IMG/VR virus record: IMGVR_UViG_3300027765_000001
Location: 1-47,234 of that record
DNA from: a virus
Reading direction: 5' to 3' (one strand)
DNA: 47,234 nucleotides
Each line of letters opens with the position of its first letter. Positions within the stretch are counted from its first letter, which is position 1. Under the pieces are notes generated by a model. That model was not told where the DNA came from. It did no database searches and worked only from the letters and a program-made list of their open reading frames with translations. Below, in pieces: positions 7,401 through 16,111 of the stretch. Both the position numbers and the translations under genes were made by a program.

Positions 7401-9364
7401 TGAAGCAGCACATCCCGATGGCGCAGCGCCCCGAGGTGCACACCGGCCAGGTGGGCCAGGTGCAGTCCCGCTTCAAGCGGGCCCTGGATGATGTGATCAC
7501 CAAGTGGTTCAAGGTGGCGTCCACGATCCCGGCGGACCGGATGAGCCGCCACCCGCTGTTCAACCAGCTCTACGAGGGCCACCTGGCGACCTTGAAGAAC
7601 CAGCTTGTGAAGCAGGGCGCGTACGACACGACCGCCGAAGGCGTGGAGCGCATGGCGACGACCGCGCGGCGCCTCGCGCTGCGCGACACCCGCAAGCTCG
7701 TGTTCGACATCGCGCACCGCAGCGACGCCAGTGCGGCGCTGCGCTTCATCTCGCCGTTCATGACGGCGACGAACGAGTCCTTCCAGCGCTGGGGCCGGAT
7801 CATCGCGGACAAGCCGCAGACGGTTGGCTACGCCAACATCTTCTACAACGCCCCGGTTGCCGCCGGCCACATGCAGGACGCCGACGGCAATGACATCACG
7901 AAGGACGGCTACGTCTACACAATCGACCCCAAGACGGGCAAAGCGGTCAAAACGCTGGTGCCGAAGGCCCAGCGGTACATCGTGGGCCGTGTGCCGAAGT
8001 GGCTCATCAAGAGCCCGGTGGGCGTAGCCCTGGGCGTGGAACCGGCTTCGGGGAAGATGCGGCTGTCCCAGAACTCGATGAACCTGGTGACCCAGGGCGA
8101 TCCCTGGTTCAACCCGGGCACGGGCCCGATCGTCCAGATCCCCGTGAACGCGCTGGTGAAGGACAAGCCGCGGGCGGCGGAGCTGGCCCGCCAGCTCCAG
8201 ATCCTGCCCTTCGGGCCGCAGCAGGGCAGCCTGCCGAAGCAGGCGGCCGGGTTCCTGCTGCCCCCGACGGTCAAGAACTTCCTGACCGCCTGGGACACCA
8301 GCGATTCCCGCTACCAGGCGGTGAAGCTCCAGATCATGCAGCGTGCCGCCTACGAGCACGAGAACCTGGGCAAGCCGATGCCCAGTGCGAAGCAGATCGC
8401 CGCCATGACCCGGGACTACTGGCTGTTCTCCGCCGCGTCCGCCTTCCTTCAGCCGATGGCGACCCAGAAGGCGGACAAGTACCAGTTCTACCGGGACCAG
8501 TACAACGCGCTGCGCCGGCAGAATCCGCTGACGGCGGACGACGAGTTCCTGAAGCGTTTCCACGAGTCGTACTTCGTCTTCGCCCAGAGCCAGTCCAAGA
8601 ACGACTCGGGCATTCCGGCCACGATGAAGGCCGTCGAGCTGGAGAAGAGGTACGGCGACATCATCGCCCAGAACCCGGAGCTGGGCGCCTTGATCGTGGG
8701 CCCGGAGGGCAACGGGCCCTTCTCGCCGGAGGCGTACTCCTACCAGCTCAACACGCCCGTGACGCCGGGCTCCAGCGAGATGCAGCGGACCAAGATGTCC
8801 GCTGATGAGGCGATGACCGAGAACCAGCGTCGCCTGGGCTGGTCCAAGTACACCGCGATGGTGACGCGGCTGACCAAGGAGCTGCACGACCGGGGCCTGA
8901 AGTCCTTCGCCGACAAGGGCGCGGAGGACTTGAAGCAGGAGAAGTCCAACTACACGAACCTGTGGTCCCAGCCGCTCATGCCGGACGGTTCGCCGAACCC
9001 GTACTACAACGAGGCGTGGTCCAAGGACTACTCGACCCTGGACCCGCTGAAGTACGACCGCCTGATACCGGGCATGGCAGCGGTCGCCAAAAGCTCCCTG
9101 GCGGCCGATCCCAGCCGCAGCGACCTGCGGACCCTCCAGGAGTATCTGGGCGGCCGTCAGGCCGTCCTGGAGGCCCTACAGGCCCGCGCAGCGGCCGGAG
9201 GCAAGAAGACCCTGACCGCCAAGGCGAACGCCGACCTGGCGGCCCAGTGGCAGACCTTCGTGGACGGTCTGATCGAGAAGGACACGCGCTTCGGGGAACT
9301 GCACAGCAGGTACCTGGCCCGGGACCTGGGCTACGACGGCAGTCTGACTGAGGAGTCGGCATGA
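4457..9364 (+). CDS. Giant virion-module protein (1635 aa), possible internal/ejection protein
   Basis: Uninterrupted frame with strong GC3 bias. An R/A/Q-rich coiled-coil-like segment is encoded around 6600-6900. I recognise no catalytic motif. Confidence 0.8.
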   Translation: MGLGSFLSDIGHAASGAVKDVSSGLNTVDRYINPFHVEQGSIKSGDTSGNSPLGNVVSHQVETVSRGMNWLYDNGVSQPLSTALMAGNLPGGPFSAHNWAQAWHAANHISPAQALFLNPDQTKQAVNSPLEYYKPGEAYLPPDFDTWSQERQQAFLKQAGMPAVGNRYIEELRQTHRYFANASGIGDFALRWWADPTIIAGKAAGAARRELQVVRRPAAGWSRTDIDRIMNKSVMSKAVDFVYQNRDNPALLNNLSMARNSGMGPRFGALASLLKSPDEVHDFLRIGLGDMDAIERLQTKNALAGARIEQDTGRYAALDAMATRFDAVGTGRASQYAALARQQMDALNKRINADTDLVRGYNNILDHAHELDQLNLSRWSFARAQAATEAQAAYRARAARGVGTGRQVTITPTPLLSRGTSTPVDLGFVKSRVYGVGDFFSTPITVVRSFANARPNGYMRIDDIDKDSIAELRGQLARIPNITDQTRLNVLNEYLKTQTEGERVALLKQVGAMGAAKVAEKHGLEPEAGLELYQQHLNRQFGEIDNMKRYSAATKPIQMPDGTLARVRVDEFATDGGKLVVHPTSVTQLANSHVFQDLGEMDKVLARHSSALSAIRTSRLGNPDWIMDASDYLTTMFKFSTLFRLGYIPRVLGDDLAGQWARAGAAAMAARVGWGVKNGATNLAMWRPARFLAAKAAVANEGVRYAEEQMAAIKPELTQLRQRMAGEKAMRQRDVGRAQARADRAQQILASLPDDAPQARRTAAQRYAQAKANEVQRAQARAAADLWPTKAKRLADLEDNYSYLTRMRDEAHKAAQPPQKVIQGSKPVDLGNGVMAPAAFAGREGDMYQKLVTSDESLGQIFATNKKLIHGHLMRSFDHGGKAISAAQDEELHATSWAHAINAQIVQDQLKAQAVRGASPEDMTKWLTSTAEGRIYRQRLGLASASNEDIANAAWHEVAEYMPTPEIRAKALEPDGVTPQFLKQHIPMAQRPEVHTGQVGQVQSRFKRALDDVITKWFKVASTIPADRMSRHPLFNQLYEGHLATLKNQLVKQGAYDTTAEGVERMATTARRLALRDTRKLVFDIAHRSDASAALRFISPFMTATNESFQRWGRIIADKPQTVGYANIFYNAPVAAGHMQDADGNDITKDGYVYTIDPKTGKAVKTLVPKAQRYIVGRVPKWLIKSPVGVALGVEPASGKMRLSQNSMNLVTQGDPWFNPGTGPIVQIPVNALVKDKPRAAELARQLQILPFGPQQGSLPKQAAGFLLPPTVKNFLTAWDTSDSRYQAVKLQIMQRAAYEHENLGKPMPSAKQIAAMTRDYWLFSAASAFLQPMATQKADKYQFYRDQYNALRRQNPLTADDEFLKRFHESYFVFAQSQSKNDSGIPATMKAVELEKRYGDIIAQNPELGALIVGPEGNGPFSPEAYSYQLNTPVTPGSSEMQRTKMSADEAMTENQRRLGWSKYTAMVTRLTKELHDRGLKSFADKGAEDLKQEKSNYTNLWSQPLMPDGSPNPYYNEAWSKDYSTLDPLKYDRLIPGMAAVAKSSLAADPSRSDLRTLQEYLGGRQAVLEALQARAAAGGKKTLTAKANADLAAQWQTFVDGLIEKDTRFGELHSRYLARDLGYDGSLTEESA

Positions 9365-10248
9365 CGATCAACAAGCCCACCCCCTCGCCGTCGTCCACGT
9401 CGGCCGGCGAGGCCGCGGGCGCCGCCCAGTTCGGCGCCACCGCCACGGCCGCAGGCAGCGGCCAGGTCTGGATGCCCATCGCCCCGTTCACGCCCGGCAC
9501 CTCGGGCCTGACGGGCAAGAACCTGGACCAGCTCAGCGAGAGCGCGCAGGCGCAGCTCGCACGCCGCCCCCAGGGCGGCGGCTGGTGGACAGTCGCCGAC
9601 GCGGAGGCGGCGTACTACACCTGGACGGACAAGCAGCGCGCGGACTTCCGCGCGAAGGCCCTGGTGGGCGGCCTGCTGAAGATCGGCGACGGCGACATCG
9701 AGGCCGGAGCCCTGTGGAAGAACCTGGTCGACCAGGCCGCGAACTACGGCAACGCCGGCCAGGCGGTCTCCCCCACGGACCTGCTGGCCGGGTATGTCAA
9801 GGCGAACTCGGGCGGGACGCCCTGGGTGAAGCAGGGCAACTTCGAGATCAACTCGATCACGGGTGAGAAAAGGTACATAGGCCCCCAATTCAGGACCACC
9901 ACGGCCACGAACATGAACCTGACCGACCCGGCCACCGCGCGAGCGGTGGCGACCTCGGTCTTCCAGCAGTTGCTGGGCCGGGATCCCGGCCAGGGGGAGA
10001 TCCAGGCGTACGCCCAGGCGCTGACGCAGTCCGAGATCCAGAACCCGTCCCGGACCACCACGACCACGCAGTACGACATGACCACCGGGGACCCGACCAA
10101 CACCAGCTCGTACAGCACGGGCGGCATGACGGCCGAGGAGCAGCAGCAGCTCGCCATAGACGCGATCAAGAAGAAGCCGGAGTACGCCCAGGTCCAGGCG
10201 GCGACGACCTACGCCAACGCCCTTGAGTCGGCCGTCAAGGGGAGCTGA
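9361..10248 (+). CDS. Hypothetical virion-module protein
   Basis: ATGA overlap. 295 aa. The segment SVFQQLLGRDPGQGEIQAYAQAL resembles a DUF4214-type repeat (recall only). Confidence 0.65.
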   Translation: MTINKPTPSPSSTSAGEAAGAAQFGATATAAGSGQVWMPIAPFTPGTSGLTGKNLDQLSESAQAQLARRPQGGGWWTVADAEAAYYTWTDKQRADFRAKALVGGLLKIGDGDIEAGALWKNLVDQAANYGNAGQAVSPTDLLAGYVKANSGGTPWVKQGNFEINSITGEKRYIGPQFRTTTATNMNLTDPATARAVATSVFQQLLGRDPGQGEIQAYAQALTQSEIQNPSRTTTTTQYDMTTGDPTNTSSYSTGGMTAEEQQQLAIDAIKKKPEYAQVQAATTYANALESAVKGS

Positions 10249-10249
10249 G

Positions 10250-11569
10250 ATGACGGTCACCGGGCAGCAGATCGTGGACAAGGCGCGCAGCGCCCTGGGC
10301 GTGAACTACGTCTGGGGCGGGAACAGCCTTACGTCCGGTGTGGACTGTTCTGGGCTGGTTCAGCAGGTTTATGCCGCTTTCGGCATCCAGCTCCCCCGGG
10401 TCACGTACGACCAGATCAACCAGGGCGCCAACGTCCCCGTTGACCGGCTCCAGCCGGGCGACCTGGTCTTCTTTGACACCGACCGGTCCACCAAGGGACC
10501 GGATCACGTCGGGATCTACATCGGCAACGGGCAGTTCATCCATGCCCCGAAGCCGGGCGATTCGGTCAAGATCTCGTCCCTGACCGACTCCTACTACATG
10601 TCCCGCTTCATGGCGGGACGGCGCATGGCCGGCGTGGCCGGCTACTCCGAGGGTGATGCCCTCGCCTCGGGTGGGCTCTCGCCCACCCAGCCCGACACCT
10701 CGCAGACCCGGCTGTCGCCGGAGGAGCTGGCGGGCGAGTACGGCATGTCGTACTCGTTCTTCAAGAGCCAGCCGGAGCTGATGAAGCTGCTCAAGCAGGC
10801 CACGGCCGAGACGTGGACTGCGGACCGCTTCACCGCGGCCCTGAAGAACACCAAATGGTGGAAGGACAACTCCAGCACCGCGCGGCAGGCGCAGGTGCTG
10901 GCCAAGACCGACCCGGCCACCTACAAGGCGAACCTGGCCGCCGCTCAGGCGGCAGCCTCGCAGGCGGCCGTGAAGGCCGGGGCGATCCTGAGCGCCAAGC
11001 AGCTCCAGCGCCTCGCGTACAACATCGTCACGTACGGCTGGGACGACACCCAGGTGAACAACTACCTGGGCCAGTACGTCAACTTCACCAAGGACCACAC
11101 GCTGGGCGGTCAGGCCGGGCAGGCCGCCCAGCAGATCCGGTCCTACGCCTATGACCAGGGGATCAAGATCTCCGATCAGACGGTGAAGAACAACGCCGCG
11201 TACCTGGTGCGCGGCATCACGAGCATGCAGGACATCCAGAACGGCCTGCTCCAGCAGGCCATCAGCTCCTATCCGGGCTTCACCCAGCAGCTCCAGGCCG
11301 GCGCGACCATGCGCGACATCGCGCAGCCGTATATCCAGATGACGGCCCAGGAACTGGAGCTGCCGGAGAGCGACATCACGGTCTGGCATCCAAAGGTTCA
11401 GGCGGCCTTGAACCAGGCCGACGCCAAGGGGCAGCCGTCCCCGATGTCCCTGACGGACTTCCGGTCCGTCCTGCGCTCTGACCCGAGCTGGCGCAAGACG
11501 CAGAACGCCCAGGACCAGACCATGGCCATCGGGCGCCAGGTGCTCCAGCAGATGGGCCTGGTCTCATGA
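10250..11569 (+). CDS. NlpC/P60 peptidoglycan endopeptidase fused to a ~270-aa module shared with the next gene
   Basis: GVNYVWGGNSLTSGVDCSGLVQQVY...GDLVFF...HVGIYIGNGQFIHAP is the P60 Cys/His pattern. ATG at 10250 follows AAGGGGAG and the upstream stop. Confidence 0.85.
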   Translation: MTVTGQQIVDKARSALGVNYVWGGNSLTSGVDCSGLVQQVYAAFGIQLPRVTYDQINQGANVPVDRLQPGDLVFFDTDRSTKGPDHVGIYIGNGQFIHAPKPGDSVKISSLTDSYYMSRFMAGRRMAGVAGYSEGDALASGGLSPTQPDTSQTRLSPEELAGEYGMSYSFFKSQPELMKLLKQATAETWTADRFTAALKNTKWWKDNSSTARQAQVLAKTDPATYKANLAAAQAAASQAAVKAGAILSAKQLQRLAYNIVTYGWDDTQVNNYLGQYVNFTKDHTLGGQAGQAAQQIRSYAYDQGIKISDQTVKNNAAYLVRGITSMQDIQNGLLQQAISSYPGFTQQLQAGATMRDIAQPYIQMTAQELELPESDITVWHPKVQAALNQADAKGQPSPMSLTDFRSVLRSDPSWRKTQNAQDQTMAIGRQVLQQMGLVS

Positions 11570-12849
11570 GCGGCATGACCTTGAGCCAGTTGCTCGCCGG
11601 GATTCGCCAGGTCGAATCCGGCGGCAACTACTCCGTGGTGAACTCCATCGGCGCCGTGGGCGCCTATCAGGTCATGAAGGCCAACATCCCGTCCTGGACC
11701 AAGCGGGCGCTCGGCTACTCGATGACCTGGCAGCAGTTCCGGGACTCGCGTGCCGCCCAGGACAAGGTGGCCCAGGTCATCCTGGGCGGCTACTTCAACA
11801 AGTACGGCGCCGAAGGCGCCGCCGCCATGTGGTTCAGCGGCCAGCCGAACCCCAACAGCAGCGCCTCGGACGGTGGCAACACCGTCCGAAGTTACGTGGA
11901 CAAGGTCATCGCCGCCAGCGGCGGCAGTCCGGGAACCACCGCATCGAGCAGCACAGGGAGCGGCGCAGCCGTGGGCGGATCGATAGCGCCACTGGATCTG
12001 AACCAGCTCGCCGAGAGCTACGGGCTGACCACAGCCCTGATCAACAGCTCCAGTGAGCTGAAGAAGCTGTTCAAGCAGGCCGCCGCAGGCAACTGGAGCG
12101 CCGACCTGTTCACGGCGCACCTGAAGAACACCAAGTGGTGGCAGACACAGTCCGACACGCTTCGGCAGTACATCACCCTGAAGTACACCGATCCGGCGAC
12201 CTGGAAGCAGAAGAACGCTCAGGCCCTGTCGGACATGAACGCCCTGGCCGTCTCCGTCGGCCTGGGCGATCTGCTGCACGGCAACGCCAACAGCAAGAGC
12301 CTTCTGAACCAGGCGGCGTACAACTCGCTCGCGCTCGGCTGGAGCAACGACCGGATCAAGGACTGGCTGGGCGGGAAGATCGGCCTGAATGCCGGCGGCG
12401 AAGCCGGCGATCTGTTCGACAAGCTCCACAGCCTGGCGTACACCAACGGCCTGAAGCTCTCGGATGCCTGGTACTTGGGGCAGGTCCGGGCCATCGAGGG
12501 CGGACGATCCACAGAGCAGATCTCCGAGGCGTCCATTCGCAAGTGGGCGGCGGCGAAGTACAGCGCCTTCGCCGATCAGATCAAAGCGGGACAGAACGTC
12601 ATGGACCTGGCATCTCCGTACATTCAGTCTGTGTCCAAGATCCTTGAGATCCCGTCCACGAACGTGGATCTGTTCAACAACCACGTGGCCAAGGCCATGA
12701 GCAGCAACGTGAGCGGTCAGGCGGAGTCCATCTGGCAGTTCGAGAACGATCTGCGCAAGGACCCGCTGTGGAAGAAGACACAGAACGCGCAGGACAGCGC
12801 CATGCAAGTGGCGCATCAGGTGCTCCAGAACTTCGGGATGGTGTTCTGA
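11566..12849 (+). CDS. Lytic transglycosylase (SLT-like) fused to the same C-terminal module
   Basis: QVESGGNYSVVNSIGAVGAYQV is the SLT/goose-lysozyme-like motif. The C-terminal ~270 aa aligns by eye with the C-terminus of 10250-11569. ATGA overlap. Confidence 0.8.
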   Translation: MSGMTLSQLLAGIRQVESGGNYSVVNSIGAVGAYQVMKANIPSWTKRALGYSMTWQQFRDSRAAQDKVAQVILGGYFNKYGAEGAAAMWFSGQPNPNSSASDGGNTVRSYVDKVIAASGGSPGTTASSSTGSGAAVGGSIAPLDLNQLAESYGLTTALINSSSELKKLFKQAAAGNWSADLFTAHLKNTKWWQTQSDTLRQYITLKYTDPATWKQKNAQALSDMNALAVSVGLGDLLHGNANSKSLLNQAAYNSLALGWSNDRIKDWLGGKIGLNAGGEAGDLFDKLHSLAYTNGLKLSDAWYLGQVRAIEGGRSTEQISEASIRKWAAAKYSAFADQIKAGQNVMDLASPYIQSVSKILEIPSTNVDLFNNHVAKAMSSNVSGQAESIWQFENDLRKDPLWKKTQNAQDSAMQVAHQVLQNFGMVF

Positions 12850-13820
12850 TGGCAGCAGTGATGGGGACGCGCCCGGCGGCACAGACTCCGGGGATGATGC
12901 GCCGCGGGACGGCCGTCCGCCACGTACAGCTCCCCCCCGGCTCAACAACGAGCGACCCCGGCTTCGGGGTCGATCCTCTCCAGGGCATGATCAACGCCCT
13001 GTCGGGCGCCGAGCGGGACGCCTTCGTGGCGCTCAACAGCCTGTTCACCAGCTACGGCCTGGCCTCGCTGGCCCCGAAGATCTTCAGCTACATCCAGAAC
13101 GGCTACAGCGCCGACACGATCTCGATCCTTCTCCAGGACACCCCGGAGTACAAGCAGCGCTTCGCGGGCAACGAGCTGCGCAAGAAGGCCGGGCTCGCCG
13201 TGCTGAGCCCGGCGGACTACCTGGCCACGGAGGCGTCGTACCGCCAGATCATGGCGTCCGCCGGCCTGCCGGCCAACTTCTACGACCAGCCCAGCGACTT
13301 CGCGAACTGGATCGGCGCCGACGTGAGCCCGAGCGAGATCAACTCCCGGGTGCAGCTCGCCACGGCGGCGACCACCCAGGCGAACCCGTACGTCAAGGCG
13401 CAGCTTGCCGCCCTGTACGGCGTCGATGACGCCTCGATCACGGCGTACTTCCTGGACCAGTCCAAGGCGCTGCCGCTGCTCCAGAAGCAGGAGCAGGCAG
13501 CGCAGTTCGGTGCCGAGGCCGCTAGGCGCGGCCTCGTGGCCGACAGGCAGCGCCTGGAAGACTACGTCACCTCGGGCTTCTCGCTGTCGCAGGCCAGCGC
13601 CGGCTTCCAGCAGGTGGCCACGGAGCTGCCGAACCTTCAGGCTCTGGCGAGCCGGTTCGGCACGACCTTCGGCCAGGCCGAGGAGGAGGGCGCGGTCTTC
13701 GGGACCAGCGCCAACAACGTCCAGGGCCGCCAGAGCCTGATCGACAACGAGAAGGCTCTGTTCTCCGGCGCCTCCGGCGGTGCCGCATCCGGCCTCGGGG
13801 CCGGGTATCGTGCTACGTAG
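12849..13820 (+). CDS. Hypothetical virion-module protein
   Basis: TGATG-coupled internal start of track ORF 12768..13820. 323 aa. Confidence 0.65.
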   Translation: MAAVMGTRPAAQTPGMMRRGTAVRHVQLPPGSTTSDPGFGVDPLQGMINALSGAERDAFVALNSLFTSYGLASLAPKIFSYIQNGYSADTISILLQDTPEYKQRFAGNELRKKAGLAVLSPADYLATEASYRQIMASAGLPANFYDQPSDFANWIGADVSPSEINSRVQLATAATTQANPYVKAQLAALYGVDDASITAYFLDQSKALPLLQKQEQAAQFGAEAARRGLVADRQRLEDYVTSGFSLSQASAGFQQVATELPNLQALASRFGTTFGQAEEEGAVFGTSANNVQGRQSLIDNEKALFSGASGGAASGLGAGYRAT

Positions 13821-13885
13821 CGCAGGACGCGGTTTCGCCGGTGGATCTCATCGAGGGTCGGGCGAAACCACCTGGGCCCAGCCTT

Positions 13886-13910
13886 AGCCCCCGGGAGTGA
13901 CCCGGGGGCT
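13886..13910. terminator. Bidirectional hairpin AGCCCCCGGG-agtga-CCCGGGGGCT
   Basis: 10-bp perfect stem between convergent gene ends 13820 (+) and 13916 (-). Confidence 0.6.
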
Positions 13911-13915
13911 TCGTG

Positions 13916-14077
13916 CTATCCGCCCAGGTACCAGCAGCGGGCCGCCGCCGCTGCGAACACGGCGGCCACGATCGGGCCGCCGATGTAGTTGTGGCTCTGG
14001 AAGATGCTGATGACTGCGCCTATGGCGCACACCGCCAGGACCCCGGCGGCCCAAGTCCAGCCCCTGCCCTCTGGCAT
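13916..14077 (-). CDS. Small membrane protein (53 aa, two hydrophobic segments); the only gene opposing its block
   Basis: GAAGGAGG SD upstream of the ATG at 14077. Protein MPEGRGWTWAAGVLAVCAIGAVISIF...GPIVAAVFAAAAARCWY. Confidence 0.6.
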   Translation of the reverse strand: MPEGRGWTWAAGVLAVCAIGAVISIFQSHNYIGGPIVAAVFAAAAARCWYLGG

Positions 14078-14120
14078 GCCCCCTCCTTCGTCGCCCGCAG
14101 CGTAGCGCCGGGCGCCCCTC

Positions 14121-14183
14121 GCTAGCAGGTGATAGCGCAAAAGTGCTAGCACTGGGGTATAACAGGTTCTAGTCAGAGAACCT
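14121..14183 (+). promoter_or_regulatory. GCTAGCA palindromes (14121-14127, degenerate 14131-14137, 14144-14151), TATAAC box (14158-14163) and stem-loop 14164-14183, upstream of scaffold/capsid genes
   Basis: Same 14-bp register and same 6-nt gap to TATAAC as at 1399-1431. AGGTTCT-agtcag-AGAACCT follows. Confidence 0.5.
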
Positions 14184-14251
14184 GACAAGCGGAGCGCGAG
14201 GCCCTTTCCCCGAGGGGCCAGCAGGCCGCGAGGGAATACAGGGAGTACGCA

Positions 14252-14761
14252 GTGAGCGACATGTACGGCTTCGGTGTGGACGACCCGGCTGGTGAGCCTG
14301 CCCAGGACCCGCAGGGACCCAAGTGGTTCCGCGAGTACATGGACAAGGTCTCCGGACAGCTCAAGAGCCTCCAGGAACGCAACGAGGAACTGGAGCGGGC
14401 TCAGCGTCAGACACAGGTCGCGGAAGCGCTCAAGGCGAAGGGATACGCCCCTCAGGCCGCTGGCCTGTACTCGGGCGACCCGAACAAGCTGGACGACTGG
14501 TTGAGCGCCAACGGCGCTGCTCTGGCCCGCACCGAGGCCGCCCCCGAGGGCGACCAGCAGGGCCAGCCGGCGGGGCCTCCGCCCACGGTCGTCAGCCCCG
14601 AGAGCCAGGCAGCCATGGCGGCGATGTCCGCCGCCAGCACGGGCGGAGCCGGACCCCTGTCCGGCGAAGACCAGCTCGCCGCGCGGCTGGAAGCCGCAGG
14701 CGACGACGAAGCGGCCTTCAACGCCATCATGCGCGAGGCTGGGAACGTCCGCTTCCGCTGA
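14252..14761 (+). CDS. Scaffolding protein candidate
   Basis: Lies directly upstream of the capsid gene. 169 aa with a charged helical segment (QLKSLQERNEELERAQRQTQVAEALKA) and an A/G/P-rich rest. Confidence 0.55.
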   Translation: MSDMYGFGVDDPAGEPAQDPQGPKWFREYMDKVSGQLKSLQERNEELERAQRQTQVAEALKAKGYAPQAAGLYSGDPNKLDDWLSANGAALARTEAAPEGDQQGQPAGPPPTVVSPESQAAMAAMSAASTGGAGPLSGEDQLAARLEAAGDDEAAFNAIMREAGNVRFR

Positions 14762-14810
14762 ACCTGCGCTCTCTCGCCCCTGACCTCAGCGAGCCCGAGA
14801 GAGACCCCCG

Positions 14811-15782
14811 ATGGCCAACGCCTTCACCGATACGTCTGCACTGTCCAACACAGTGCAGACCGCGTACGACAAGTCCTTCCGCTTCAAGCTGCGCAGCCAG
14901 CCGCTGTTCCGCTCCCTGGCGGACGTGCACCCCACCGACCTGACCGCCCCCGGTTCCAGCATGGTCCTGGGCATCTGGGCGGACCTGGCCCCGGCGACCA
15001 CGCCTCTGACCGAGGACGTGGACCCGGACGCGGTTGCCCTGGGCAACCCGACCCAGATCACGCTCACGATTCAGGAGTACGGCAACCCGGTCCTCCGGAC
15101 CCGGAAGCTCATGCTCACGTCGATCACCGACGTGGATCCGGCTGCCGCCTCGATGATCGCGTACAACGCCGCGGACAGCGTTGACGTGCTGGTGCAGACC
15201 GAGCTGCGCGGCGGCTCGAACCTGATCCAGAAGAAGGCCGGCACCCAGTCCTACGTGACCAACGCCACCAGCACCACCGTGGCCACCACCATGGTGGCCA
15301 CCGACACCTTCGATTCCAAGCTGATCCGTCTGGCGACGGCCAAGCTCCGGACGAACAAGGCGGTGCCGAAGCGCGGCAGCATGTACGGCGGCTTCATTCA
15401 CCCCGAGGTGAGCCACGACCTGCGCGCCGAGTCCGGCGCCGCGGCCTGGCGCGACCCGCACAACTACAGCGCGGTCGGCAACGTGTGGGCCGGTGAGATC
15501 GGCGAGTACGAGGGCGCCTTCTGGATCGAGTCCCCGCGTTGCTACAACGCGGTGGACGCCGGTACCGGCGACAACACGGTGCGGCGCTTCCGCACCTATG
15601 TGCTCGGCCAGGAGGCTCTGGCCGAGGCCGTGGCCGAAGAGTTCCACGTCGTGGCCGGTCCGATCGTGGACAAGCTGGGCCGGTTCCGGCCGCTGGGCTG
15701 GCTCGGAACCGCGGGCTGGAAGCGGTTCCGCGAGGAGGCGCTGGTCCGCATCGAGACCTCTTCGAGCATCGACGCGAGCTGA
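14811..15782 (+). CDS. Major capsid protein (HK97 fold; resembles the N4-gp56-type family as I recall it)
   Basis: 323 aa. N-terminus MANAFTDTSALSNTVQTAYDKSFRFKLRSQPLFRSLADV and overall composition are typical of actinophage major capsid proteins. It follows the scaffold candidate. Confidence 0.8.
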   Translation: MANAFTDTSALSNTVQTAYDKSFRFKLRSQPLFRSLADVHPTDLTAPGSSMVLGIWADLAPATTPLTEDVDPDAVALGNPTQITLTIQEYGNPVLRTRKLMLTSITDVDPAAASMIAYNAADSVDVLVQTELRGGSNLIQKKAGTQSYVTNATSTTVATTMVATDTFDSKLIRLATAKLRTNKAVPKRGSMYGGFIHPEVSHDLRAESGAAAWRDPHNYSAVGNVWAGEIGEYEGAFWIESPRCYNAVDAGTGDNTVRRFRTYVLGQEALAEAVAEEFHVVAGPIVDKLGRFRPLGWLGTAGWKRFREEALVRIETSSSIDAS

Positions 15783-16111
15783 TGACCACCTGGCTCTTCC
15801 TGACCCCCATGGTTCAGGAAGGGCCGGCCTCCTGGGAGGACCGGCTCTTCCTCCGCATCAAGCTGGCCAGGGGAGTCACGGTCCTGGAAGGACCGCCCGG
15901 GTCGTACCGGGCGGTCCGCTTCCCGACCCAGGACGAGATCGCGGCGGCGACCGCCGCCTACATCGGCGGCCACGAGTACGACGTGGACGACGCCACCAAG
16001 GCCGCGCTGATCGCGGCCGGAGTCGGCGTCACGGACGCCAACTTCATCGACACAGCCACCCTCCATGGGTTCGGCAGCGGACTCTTCGGAGAAGGGGCGT
16101 ACGGCGGATGA
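15782..16111 (+). CDS. Hypothetical head/tail-joining module protein
   Basis: TGATG-coupled internal start of track ORF 15539..16111. 109 aa. Confidence 0.6.
   Translation: MTTWLFLTPMVQEGPASWEDRLFLRIKLARGVTVLEGPPGSYRAVRFPTQDEIAAATAAYIGGHEYDVDDATKAALIAAGVGVTDANFIDTATLHGFGSGLFGEGAYGG

Noticed and set aside
3353-8887. 1844-aa minus-strand ORF, the longest in the track. Similar long antisense ORFs lie at 1400..3346, 15958..18033, 9331..10281, 10235..11389, 11398..12948, 20229..21392 and 45400..46695.
   Set aside because: All lie antisense to genes with clear motifs or strong GC3 periodicity. Their products are R/G/P/A/H-rich low-complexity strings, and they lack SD sequences. Stop-codon-poor antisense frames are expected in very GC-rich DNA.
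4457-9364. The giant ORF as a tape measure protein.
   Set aside because: The genome has no tail-tube, chaperone or terminator genes. The gene sits upstream of the capsid module. It lacks the long uniform helical repeat character of tape measures. It is kept as an unknown virion protein.
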